The translations under genes and the position numbers were made by a program. Below are positions 1 to 12,068 of a stretch of DNA of 64,000 nucleotides, in pieces (the first letter of the stretch is position 1; every line of letters starts with the position of its first letter). This DNA is from Lama glama (Eukaryota). The stretch covers positions 90,398,001 through 90,462,000 of the forward strand of contig CM052816.1 in assembly GCA_028534125.1 (NCBI GenBank). Direction: 5' to 3'. A model generated the notes under the pieces. It saw only the letters and a list, made by a program, of their open reading frames with translations, was not told the DNA's origin and did no database searches.

Positions 1-1064
1 TACCCGTAGTTTAAAGACAATATGGTCTATACCCTCTAGGATCTTAAATATTAAAGAAGCTTAAACAAAAATAAATATACATTCAACAGAATTTATGTAT
101 TTGGGCTGTATGTCAGAACCTTCCTTGAAGGACCCATATAGGATTCATAGCTAATAGGCTAAAACAGTACCCCATGCCCCCACAGGAATGTTCACCTTAC
201 TACATCTCAGTCCAGAACTAGGAAGTTTAAAGGCTAAGAGTGTGGCTTTTAATTTGAATTTAAGAGCCAAGATTCAACAAATTGGATAATACAGAGGAGC
301 AGAAACAGTTTTAAGGAAGTAACAAGGTCGATCCCAAAAATGGTCTGCCAAGTAGAGCCTGCGTGTTCAAGACAGCCTGAGCCAACGAGAATGAGCATGA
401 CCCAAAGAAGCTTAACTTGTGAATCCAATGAACATGTCAAAAGTAGCATAAAGGAGGTTAACTGAACATGACACAGAATTTCTATTGACCAGAAACTCTA
501 GTTACTCAGAAACCGAGAAACGTCTTTGTGGGAATAAGGGGGGATTTTTGCACTCAACGCACATGCTCGTAAGTAGTGGTTCTGTTGCACAGAGACTTGC
601 TGGTAAACCCTGTGGCCTTACTCTGACTTTTGTCCAATTTAAAAACTCCCTTCTTCTCTTTTCAGGCAGAGCAGTTTAGCTTCCTCTTGCCTTAACCCTG
701 CCTAAATATACTAGCCTGAGCCCAGGATCCATACCTTCTCTGTTCACCAAAAAGCCCCCAATGGTAAGTAGCTTAGGGGATGCTCTTCTTCCCTGAAAAG
801 GAATTTGTCTCTGCCTGAACTCAAGATGAGCAAGTCAGTATCCATTTTTGTCTTTTAGGTTTCAGTTTTATTTTCAATGAAGTAGGCACCATTTTCTACG
901 ACTTAGTGATTGTACTTTACTTGGAGATCTAACCATTAAAAGCAGCAGATGAATTGCTCAGAAGTGTGCTGAAAGAACATTTCAGTGTTTGGGGAGGACC
1001 ATCAGGGCAGCAAAGCCACAAAATGCCCTAAGTGTGGAGTAATAATAGGTACTTATAATGGTAT

Positions 1065-1345
1065 GCATATCACTGGCAGAAACTTACACAGCTTAAGCAA
1101 AAATGGAAATACATTGATTCATGGAGTTGGTGGGACAGATAGAATGGCAAGCTTGGAGTGGAAACGAGAGTGCGTGTGGGAGTTCCATGGGCTTGTACGG
1201 CACGGGATGCTACCTGTCCCTTATCTGTGTGTCTCTGGTTCTCCCTCACTGCAAACTGGCTGTCTTCACACAGCGAATGACATGGCCCTGACAGCTCCAG
1301 AATTCAACTTCTTTCTGCCTACTTCCCAATCCGGGTTTAAGTAAT
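1065..1345 (-). mobile_element. Old MaLR LTR fragment (MLT1J/K/L-like)
   Basis: The segments 'cagcttaagcaaaaatggaaatacattgattcat' and 'acatggccctgacagctccagaattc' resemble the reverse strand of old MLT1 LTRs. Highly diverged; boundaries approximate. Confidence 0.5.
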
Positions 1346-4300
1346 ACACCTCAAATGCCACGTCAGAATAACTGCAATTGCTTTAACAAGTTTGGCTGAG
1401 ATGTCTTATAAAGCATTTTCCTGGAACTCACTTGAGATTTCTGGATCATGTATGCTGTGCATTTTATATCCTTGCTCTTACTTGACTGTTATGCTAATGA
1501 ATACGAACACCAGATCAATTTTATTTTGTATTGCCTGAATCTTTTTTCTGTCACATAAGTTTCAAGACGTAGGCTTACATATTGGATGTTGTTTGTTTTA
1601 TGCCCCTTTGAGAACAAGAGCATAAAATTTTATGCAGTCAAATGTTTGATTATAAATTGAATGCTTTAAATTTGAACTGTATGTATAGATAAAGAAATAA
1701 TATCTTATTATTCCACTTTCCATAGTATTGTATTTTTATGTTTATTTAATAATATAATATGTATTTATTTTTTAACTGAAGGACTTATTTCGGGAATGTG
1801 AGAGTCCAGCGTTGTGTAATTTTTCTTTTTTTGAATGTCATTACAAATTAGTAAATCATTAAAAATAAATTTAATAGCAATTAAATGATGCATAAAATCA
1901 GGGTTTTGTTTTTTTTTTAGTTTGTATTTTCAGTAGTCAAACAGACTTCATACAATAGCCATGATCTGATTTCCTTTTTCACTGATAAGTCTCACGCTAT
2001 ATTGTAGTCAGTGGGACCTTTGGAGGTTGGGGTTCAGCTGACTTAGTCACATTCTTGAACTTCTGTATTTCGGGTGCACTGGTGATCGTGACCACAAGAA
2101 AAGTTATATTCCTGTGATTTAATTTGGCAGGTACCCTCCGCAAGCTCACTCTTCATGGCCTCCAACACCCTCAAGTTCCTACTCACTCCTCCATGGTCTA
2201 ACTTTGCAGAAAATCATCAGGAAGTCTACAAATCAAAATAACTGCCTTCCCACCACTCCCAATAACTCACAAACCGTAGCGATTTTACAAGCAAATGCAG
2301 GTTAAAGTGCAGCTTGTGTTGTAGCGTTTATACGTTTCTTAACCTTTAACATGTATAGGATCGTACTACCTATTTTGTTAGGTTTCCATCTTTGTACGTG
2401 TCGGTAACAGTTTTTGAGTGTTATGCCCCGAAACCCCATCTCCTCCCCCACAAGCCTTGTCTTTTATATTGTGTGGTTTTGAATAGGAGGGTGGTTTTTA
2501 AGAGCACGTGTCATGTTATAGCAGAATTGACTATACTTATACTTTCATATTCAAAGAAAGTTTATCAAAATAAAAAAAAAAATCAAGCAACCCAACAATA
2601 TACAATAGAGAGCTACGTAATTTAAAAAATCCACTGTTGAATCACATCAAAGACCACTCGTTTACTCTGAGAGATCTAGTTCTAAAATGATCACACTTAA
2701 AGCAGATCCACAGCTTGAACCCAGACACATATTACAGCAGGACTCCAACGGAGCCCTAAATGCCATTGTGTTTTCCATGATTTAAGTAATTCCACCGTCA
2801 TTTCTTACTTCTTTTGAGTACCTCCTTGAGAAACAACATGTACAAGATTGGGGCAGAAGGGGGGGCTGGTGAAAACAAAGGGTTAAAATCAGTTTAATGC
2901 CTCTAAAATGGAATTAAATGGTTTGGTTCACATTTGATTAATGACAAGAACAGAGCTATTTGTAAAAAACCCTTTCTTGTATATCCGCAAAATTTGATTA
3001 CTAAAGTCACGTATAGAACACAGCACTGTCATAAGGGCACGTGCACAGTGCAGCTGATAGCACTGTAATTTTTTTTGTTGTTTGCTTCTTTATCTTGGAT
3101 AAAAGAGAAAAAAAAACCTGTCAATTAAACAACCAGTTTATTTCTTGTCTTGCTAGAATTTAATAATGTCTTAGTTTCAATTCACAAAGCAATGGCTAAA
3201 TAGTACTGCAGGGCAAAGTTCAGATTTGTTAACAAAATCTGTCTGAAACCAGTGACACAGACCCTCTGAAAGATATTTATTTTTTGTTTTGTTTTGTTTT
3301 TGATGAGGGGGCTGTAGTGCTTTCCAAAACAAATTAAATTTTGTCCTAATTCTGTCAGAATATGGCCGTAAAAAGGAAAAGAAAAATGTGGACATGCCTA
3401 CTAGTTAAGATTTTAGTTGAATCTTTTTAAGAAAAATATTTCCATGCTCCAATTTACTTTCTCTCTATTAGAAAGAAGGGTAGACTAGACAAGAAGAAGT
3501 GAAGTGAAAATTTACCTTCTCTGCTGCCTCCATCTATCAGGATAGGACTGAGTGGTCCAGAAAGAATTACCAAACCCACTCCCTATATCAGGCCTTTTCT
3601 CCAAGCCTCAGGTGTCCATGTCTTTAGCTTACACTGGGTCTGACTTACACCATCTCCTCGTGACCAGAGCAGTCATCACTCATCCACATTTGCATTCTCT
3701 TGCTGCCACAAATTTAGGCACTAATGCATCTTGGGTAAACTCTTTGCCCCAGTACGTAAGCACTCTGCAACCATCCCAGCTGAATCAACACAAATGATCT
3801 CCTAAGTTTTCTCACTCCACACTCAGACTGGTTTCTCTGGTGACTAGAAAGCTTTCCCAGTCTCCACTTCCCTTCTTGAACGCCTTGTCACTCCCCACCC
3901 CAGCACTCAATAATGCCACCAGACCCCCATCACCAACAATGACTAGGGTTTGTCTCCTTATTGTCCACAAGCTGAAATTAAGTAATCATTGACGAAGCAG
4001 GAAAAGAAGAAAATACAATCATTTCTAAAAGGCCACTGCATTTTGCAAGGTCACATTAAGGACTTAAAACCTAAAGGATCTGAATGTGGTCAGAGAGAGT
4101 TCATTGAAAAGTCTTAAGAAAGAGTATGTTGCTCCAAAGTGGGCTTGGCGGCTTCTAGAAGCTGTAACAGGAGAGTCAGAAAGGTACATGTGAGCTGCTT
4201 ATTCAAGCATTTTGAATAAGCAATGGGCCCAGCCAGCAGACGGCAGATACTGTGGTCCATTGTCAAGGCCTTTCTTTTGTGGTGATGAAAACAACAGGCT

Positions 4301-5689
4301 AATTTAGACTACTGCTGAGAAACACTGTAGTTCATCAAACGAATGCTTTATGTTCTGATGCCTCGCTGGCAAGAGTTCTGATCAAAATGTGTCCTCCCTT
4401 ACAGGCTGACCTACAGGGAGAGAATGTACTTATGCTGAGGTCATAAACGCTCTAGTTCCTATGGCAATTACAGCTTTCACTGCAAAAGGATAAATTTACA
4501 TTCTGTGTCCCATATCAGCATCAAACTCAGTTAATACAAACCTGAGCCTTAGAGACAGATGATTCTCAACCCCCTGACAAAGTCAAGCTTCCAAGCCTGT
4601 AAGCTTAAGCACCTTACTAACTCTCGAAGGTAATGCCTCCCTGGTAAGTTTCCAGGGGAAAGAACTTCAGGCAAAAAGTTGTTTGAATGAGTCAGTCATT
4701 TTCTTACTAAGACTTCTCAATCCCCAACCATATAATATCCATGGATCCATATTGCTACCTACTCACTTGACTTCCTACAGGGAGGTCCTTTGGATTTTCT
4801 GTGGTGTAGACATCTACACTGCCACTTTTGCCATGTTTGACTTCTCAGTTCCCAATGTCTTCTGATATCCAATTATATATTTGTGGGTATAACAAAACTG
4901 TATTCCTACTTGAGAGTTTCTCCTCCTGAGAGGGTCAGTTTCTCCCTACTTGAGAGGGTCAGTCCTGGCTTTCTCAGCTGATCTCAACTTCCTTCCCTTC
5001 TAGCAAAACCCTATGTGGAATGTCCATACAGAAACAAATATCTTTAAAAGAAAACGGCAAGTTGTACTGGTTACCTGCATGTAGCCCATTCCAGGCATCA
5101 GAATACTGACTCTACTCATCATGGTTTCTACCCCATCAGGTGTGTGTTCAAACAGTACCTACAGAATGTTATGAATGTGACAAATAATTTAGATGGGAAG
5201 ACTGAACTCATACACTGTCATGAAAACAACATAGAGTTATTAAGCATGATGACTATGGTGATGGAATATATTCTGAGTATGTTATACCAGGTTCCTCCCA
5301 AGGCATCCGTGATTGTCCTGAGCCTCATATCACAGGTGGTAGAGACGTTCTGGGGAAGCCTATGTATTTTCAGTGTGTCCCTTATTGCATTTGTCCTGTG
5401 ATTCCTATACTGGGATATCTGCTGCTTGCTTCAGGAAGGTTATTAAAAAGTCTTAGATGTACTAATGTATCTGATCAAAATACCACTTTTTAGAAGAAAA
5501 TATTTACCAGTTGACTTCTGTGAAAGGCTCTGCCTCTCTGGAACAGGATCACACAGTGTTACTAAAGCTTTGTCAACCTGTCTCTAAAACTTGAGTATTT
5601 TCTGCTTCTCTTTTATTTCTCTTTGACATTAAGGTTTTCTCTAATCCAGTCAAGTTTATTATCCCTTTGAGGTCAGCCTCCTTTCAGCT

Positions 5690-6040
5690 ATAGAGACATA
5701 GTACTGGGGTGGGTGTGATGATAAAAAGAGATTTAAAAAAATCCTGTCCTCAGTGAGCTTCCTGAATATAAGAGGATCAGGCAGAGGCATGTAAAACAAT
5801 GCTATCTAGAAAGAGGCACTAAGTAAATGCTCAGTGGTTCATAATCAGTAAAATGCACCTGTAGCAGAAGCAATCATTTGGAGGCAGGATGGTTTTTAGG
5901 ATTTCTTAGAGAAAGGAAAGTTCGATTTTGACCTCACAACATATAGGCTTTAAAGAAGCAAAGCGCAAAGAGGAAGGAATAACGGAAGGGGTAGGTCAGG
6001 GACGGTATATGTCAGACACATACAGGAAATGGCAAAATAA
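5690..6040 (-). mobile_element. L2 LINE fragment
   Basis: Purine-rich reverse L2 3' region ('aatcctgtcctcagtgagctt', 'aggatttcttagagaaaggaaagttcgattttgacctc'). It appears to continue at about 6540-6690. Confidence 0.5.
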
Positions 6041-6693
6041 CTCACAGAAGCCATTTGTTGGTAGTCCCCATCACAAAGTCACTGATTTTGTAATATAGCA
6101 ATCCTGACGCAGACTCAGAGTTTCCATGCATTGCCAAAAAGACTCCATTCTTATCGAATGCAGCACTGAACAAAGTAAAGCTAGCAGGAGCTTTTGTAGG
6201 GAGGATAGAGGAGGGTTTTCCGGATACAATAACAACAATATAGACCTCCACTCAAATGGTTCTTCTCCAGGAATGCTTGCTGCCAGGGAAGCCAAGGGTC
6301 TTTCTGAGACTAAACCCTGTGGCTCTGCTCCATCGCCACTCCTCCCTTCCTCCTTCTGTTGTGTAGAGAGCCCCCTCATCCTCTCGCTATCCAGCATCTC
6401 TCTGAGGATCGCTTCTCCACTTTGAGAGATTCACCAAGACCTCTTCTTCAAATGGTTTGCCACTCTGCTTCCTGGTACTAAGGAAGTGGATTTCCCCCTC
6501 TGTATAATCTTAGTTAGGCAGGCAGCATGACACTTAGTGGAAGCATGACAAATAAAGATGAAAATTCAGGTTGGAGCCAAATGGTTAAGGGTTCTTGGAA
6601 CTTAAACACGACTATTTAAGAAAGGGAGCATTTAGAAATGTATCAGCAGAGTGACTTGATGAAAAGAATGTTATATGAAGATGAACCCGGGGC

Positions 6694-6875
6694 TGGGGTT
6701 GGCTTTACACATGTGTGACCTGTGCAGCCAGTCACACAGAGCCCGGGACTCAGAAGAGCCCTACACCTGGCCTGAGGCCCTGCTCCTGCCATCTTGAGAC
6801 TCTTAATAAGTTTTGAACAAGGGACCTTGCATTTTTATTTTGCACTGAATCCTTTTAATTATATAGCTGGTCCTA
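6694..6875 (+). mobile_element. MER91A hAT-Tip100 MITE
   Basis: Collinear with the recalled MER91A consensus: 'gtgtgacctgtgcag...cacacagagcc...ctcagaagagccc...gccatcttgagactcttaataagttttgaacaagggacc...cattttt attttgcactg...tatatagctggtcct'. Confidence 0.85.
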
Positions 6876-7268
6876 CCAGGGACACACTGGCTCCCAGCCC
6901 CTAGCAAAACACCTGGTACGTATCAGTTAAGTATTTGGTAAATGGAAGAACAGGTAATTTTCCCTAAGAAATCAGGCAGAGGAAATTGAAAAAGGAAGCT
7001 ATCAGAACCCAAAGGCCTTTCACAGATGCCCCAAAACAAAGTGAGATTTGACCCATGGTCAAAATCACAGACCTGCACTTCAGAACCAAACTCCCATGAC
7101 AATCAAAGTCATCTTTCTGATCTTTGCTGTCCTCATAGGTACCTAAGATGACCTCTAGCCTCACTGGGGACTTTTCTAATAATATTTGATTATATTCTCA
7201 CAAAAGAGAGAGAGAAGAAAAAGATAACTGTGGGAGCTATTGCAAAGAAAAGATAAAATCATTTGAAC

Positions 7269-7304
7269 ATATATGGAATTTGAGAAATATATGGAATTTG
7301 AGAA
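7269..7304. repeat. Perfect 18-bp tandem duplication (atatatggaatttgagaa x2)
   Basis: Read directly: 7269-7286 is identical to 7287-7304. Confidence 0.95.
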
Positions 7305-10292
7305 GTATGCAAAAAGGCTCACAGAAGGAGAGGAAGAAAACAAATTTGCCACAAAGATATAAATAAAGCTTGGGAACTGGATCAAATTCTACCTAAAGGG
7401 CAGCTGGCTCAACCCAGGAAAGGTATCCAGTAGAAGAGAGGCAGGCAGTTGATAAAGCTGTTGAATCAAACAGTTCTTCCTTCAAACACTTAACAGAAAC
7501 TACAGCTACAGCGTCTGGTCACAGTTAACCACGTACCCCACCCCCTTCGTGTAGAAGTCCAGAGCAACCTTTTACTCATGGTTTTGGCTTATTTACATCC
7601 AACTCACCAAGATGTTATTTGTGAAAAGCTATTTAATGCCCAGAAGTTTTGTGAGACTTTTTAAAGAATATTTGTCTTTAGAACTCGCAGGACAGTGTGA
7701 TACCAAATCTATAAATGTCACAAACCGACAGTCTAAACTTAGCATTAGGTGTCTTTCCATTTCAAAGTGGCCACGAAGTTGCCAAAGTGTCCATTTCTCC
7801 CTTGAGTCTTTATTAATGTCCAAAATGCCTTGGAAGGAATAATGAATATTAATACATATTTGGCAAAAATTTACAGTAGAGTAGATATTGAATTTGGCCT
7901 GCGAAGTTGCAGTCATATATCCTATTCAAGCATACTGAATATTGACTTTCGTGCCTCCTGCTCTGATTTTGTTACTCACTCCAGAGTACATTTGTTGGCC
8001 GTGTTAAATGCACTGTTGATGGCAGAAACTCAAATGTAAACATATGGTTCCTAGCCTGGCTTAAACAAATTTATCAAATCTTGGTATCCCTGTACTTCAT
8101 TGGACTCAGAATATACATTCTCAACCACCAATATAATGTCGATATTACTGACCCTACTAGTATGTTTCATAACTGTTTCAGAAACCACCACCAACTTTAC
8201 TTCAAATATTTTAATCTATCACTAACATGATTAATTAATATTAAAGCTATTAGTTTCCTAGCTTAACTCAAATCTCAAAAGTGTCTATTAAGCCAAAGTC
8301 TATTAAGTCCTCAATTAGGAATTATCCCAAGTAGCCAGTTATTACTTTTCCTGCTTGCCAGTAAAATGCCATTTCCATTTCCAGTAAAACTCTATGTTCA
8401 TTCCAGACCTTCAGCCCAATATTAAATATCAGCCCATCTGTGCACTGTGTTATGGTTTGTATATTTCTAATGAGCGTTACTGCTTTACTCACCTATTCTT
8501 CTATTCTATTCTTCTAGTCCACTTCTATTCATTCCGTTCTTAACTTGATTTTAAAATAGGCTCTATCTTGGTACCATTTCAAAATGTGCTAATTAATCCT
8601 ATTCACTTCCATATTTTCATGATTAAGATGAATGTAGACGTGAGGTTCAAGATCAGGATGAAAGAATGCAGTCTGGCAGATAATTTTCCCCAAATTGCCA
8701 TTTACTGTCTCTTCGAGTGCAGAAGAGATAGTGACCCTCCTCGGACATCTTCCTTCCCTTTTTGCTGACCACATCTCCTCTGCATGTCTAAAAGAAATTA
8801 TGTATTACTTTTGTTTTCTTGACACCACCTTTTGTGACAGTAGCCTTTCAGAAGTGAAACCTGGTTTGGCAGATCTCTCTCTTCTTTCAAATAACTGAGA
8901 AAGTATTTAAAAGCTGAGACTAGGTGAGGGTGTCAACAAAACAGTGAGTGCAAAGGGGCTAGGAAGATTTCTAATCTCTACGTTTATCACTGTCTAATCA
9001 CTAACATTTGCAATCACTTTACTCAATATTTAGATGAAAATTTACATCCAACTATGCAGGGAAGGGATATCACAGTGTCTTAAACTTATGGTAGAGAGAT
9101 GATTAGACACTTTCTTATATGCATGGTGCTGGGTCCCATCACTGCAGCATAAAATGACATGCACCCACCATAAAGCGGCTAAATGGTGCTCCTGGGTAGC
9201 AATTAGAAAAATCGTAAACTCCCTCAAAAGTGACCGGTTTTGCCTCAAGTCAGTCATCAGAAGGAATATAAAATTCAGTTTGTGCCAAAATAAATTGGCA
9301 TGGCATTGTGGGATTTGCACTGTAACACTGACCATGAGGCCCCTCGCTCCCCAACAAGCCGCAGCAGCTTGGTGGTCCTCCAGCAACAACCTGCTTCATC
9401 GTGGAAATCGCCAGACTCCCTAAACTCATCATAGGCCACAAGTGAAAATAATGTCCTGTAGGTTTAATTCTGTATCCTCACACCCAAATGAACAAAAATA
9501 TGACTCAGTGTTCTATGCAGCCATTAAAAAACAAAACCTTAGTGAAGCGGAAAACAGGCGGCCTCTCATCTCAGCTACAAGAGCCAATGGGATACTTGCT
9601 CTCCAGAGTGGGAGGTGCACCCCAGAGCACACAAAGCAGTTTACCAGACTGAATAAGAAAAACACTAGAACATCGATTTTTATTTTCATCTTGACCTTCT
9701 GAAATTCTGTTGCCCATGTGCTTGTAATGTACACAGAAACATATGCATATAATTTGTAACTACATATACAATAACTGCATATGCACATATGTGTAAGACT
9801 ATAAATATGCTTGATGGTAAGGTTCGTGGACCTGTGCCTAATAGGGCTTCTATAGCAGGATAGATGTTCTCCAGGCAAAATTTCACTGCAACCTCTTTTC
9901 CCATCAAAATTCAAGACATGTACAAACCCCTTCTCACCGCAAGACATTTATACACATTTGGCAAAAGTATTCTGCACTATTTTTCTTTTTTCCTACAGCA
10001 ATTCTCAGGGGAGAATATCTCACATTGGAAAAGAACAACATGCCAAGACTTCCACAGGATTTTGAATTGACAAATAAAAACAAAGACAGAGAAATGGTGC
10101 AACACAAAAACAGTTAGTGGGCAACTTTGTCAATAAGGAAACAAAGTTGGGACTGAGTAGGGGAGAAAATTCAACTTTTGGGTTATTGTAACCAAAGAAA
10201 AAGGAAGTTGCTAGCAACATAATGATACCAGGAATCTACCAGAATAGTGTGGGACACAGACCTAGCCAAGGCATACTAGCAGATCATTCAGT

Positions 10293-10506
10293 GGGGAGGG
10301 TATAGCTCAGTGGTAGAGTGCCGGCTTAGCATGCATGAGGTCCTGGGTCCGATCCCCCAGTAACTCCTTTAAAAATAAGTAAATAGTGGGGGCAGGGTAT
10401 AGCTCAGTGGTAGAGCACATGCTTAGCATGCATAAAAAATAAATAAGTAAATAAACGTAATTACCTCCCCCCTCAAAAATAAATTTTTTAAAAAATGAAG
10501 AGAATC
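10293..10506 (+). mobile_element. Camelid tRNA-Ala-derived SINE (vic-1-like) with a nested truncated second copy
   Basis: The head is ggggagggtatagctcagtggtagag...gcttagcatgcatgaggtcctgggtccgatccc, followed by a 'taattacctcccc' tail and an A-rich end. A 13-bp TSD agcagatcattca lies at 10278-10290 and 10507-10519. The second head is at about 10388-10433. Confidence 0.9.
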
Positions 10507-10781
10507 AGCAGATCATTCAAATAAACAAAAGAAAAAGAGGGCCTAAGTCAAAATCAATACAAAAATCCTATCCTGGTCATTCTTTTCAGGGGTACTTACT
10601 ACTAATCTAATAATACTGCTGTGACATTATCACACCATGGTTCCTCCTCAGCACTCCTAATAGAGTCTATGTTGGTGCTGTTAGATACATTATCCGTCTC
10701 ATTTTTCAGTAAATATCAGTTTTATCAAAAATTTGGACTAATTTAAAAGAAATTTTCGAGTGCAATTAGAAGATATTTGAA

Positions 10782-11441
10782 TGTCTTGGACTCAAGAAAC
10801 AGAAAACTGTCCTGCCCCCGGGACACCTAGATTAGGCATTCAGAGATTTTTTACTCCCTGATAGGCAGGGTCAGGGTCAACATCGCTACTCAGCCTTGAA
10901 GCAGCTACAGAAGATGGATCGCCACCCCTCCGCACTCCCATAAGATTATGGGAGTAAAATCTCTGAGGAGGGAATGAGACAGGAGGGAAGGGGGCAGGAC
11001 ACAGACATTAAAGCATTGGCACAGCAATTAGCATGGAGATGGCGGAAAAGTCAACTCCCAATAGACCCTGAGGCCCACTATGGCGGGAGATTTGACCTCC
11101 AGGGGACCTTGAGCTTCATTATACACTGTAACGTACTAGTACACCCACAGGTGCCATGACGGTTCTGAAGCTAACCAGGAAAGGTCAAAGAGAGGCCAGT
11201 GGTCCAGTTCCTGGGAATCCCCGCCCCTTCCCCAAAGTAGTTGGAATAATCCTCTCACTTGTTAGCAACTAAAAACTGGCAACACCGGGCCTCGAGTTCG
11301 CCTCTCTCTCTCTCTCACCTTCTGAGACAGCCCGCACCCTGCCTATGGAGAATATATCTACCTTTACTTTAACCAACCATCTCACCCCGCAACACCTTGT
11401 CCATCTCTGTAAATAAATCTACTTTTACTTAAAAAACAAAA
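10782..11441 (+). mobile_element. 5'-truncated ERV1 (MER41-like) retrocopy: end of internal region, PPT, LTR U3-R and polyA
   Basis: The PPT gaggagggaa (10965-10974) abuts the LTR start TG at 10975. AATAAA is at 11412-11417 and the A-tail starts at 11431. The TSD is aagatatttgaa (10770-10781) / aagctatttgaa (11442-11453). The segments 'ggtgccatgacggtt' and 'gttcctgggaatccccgcccc' resemble MER41-family LTRs. Confidence 0.75.
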
Positions 11442-11742
11442 AAGCTATTTGAACCAGTTGAGTTCAAGTGATATTTGAAGTCATATTCTTGTATAGAGAA
11501 GATCAGTGGTACTTCCTGGTGAATAATTTCTGAAGGTGGTTTGTTAATATGTGATCAAATCACATCTTGGAGAACAGCCATATAACTTGATGAAATACGG
11601 TTTTGAAAATGCCGTTTGCTCCCCACTTCATTTTATACTTTGTGGTGCTAGGCTAGTGTATATGTTACTTATTTTTGCCATATTTGGGCCACATGGAACC
11701 ATAGCTCTTTGTCCTCTCCTTTCATCATTCCTTTATTATTTG

Positions 11743-12068
11743 AGGGGGTGACACTCTATACAGCCCGTGGGCCCAATCTGGTCTGCCACCAGTTTTTGCA
11801 CAGCCTGAGAGCTAGGAATAGTTTGTACTTTTTTTAAAGGTTGAAGAAAGTCAAAAGAAGAAAAATATGTTATAATCTGTGAAAATTAGCTTTGTATTTT
11901 GTATCCATAAATAAAGTTTTATTAAAGCACAGCCGTGCCTCTTACACATCATCTGCGGATGCTTTCACACTACGAGGGCAGAGTTGAATAGTTGTAAACC
12001 AGATTTATGGCCCAAGCCTCATGCATTTATTCTCTTTCTCGTTACAAAAAAATGTCTGCTGAGCCCTC
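11743..12068 (+). mobile_element. MER58B-like hAT-Charlie element
   Basis: The sequence 'cagcccgtgggcccaatctggtctgccaccagtttttgcacagcctgagagctaggaatagttt...aataaagttttattaaagcacagcc...gcagagttgaatagttgt...tgctgagccct' matches the MER58B layout. Confidence 0.85.

Noticed and set aside
2280..2375. Possible pre-miRNA hairpin
   Set aside because: Pairing is weak and interrupted, and I recognise no known mature miRNA in it.
10293..10366. tRNA-Ala genes at 10293, 59730 and 61879
   Set aside because: These are SINE heads: diverged stems, a SINE-specific tail, A-rich ends and (for two of them) TSDs.
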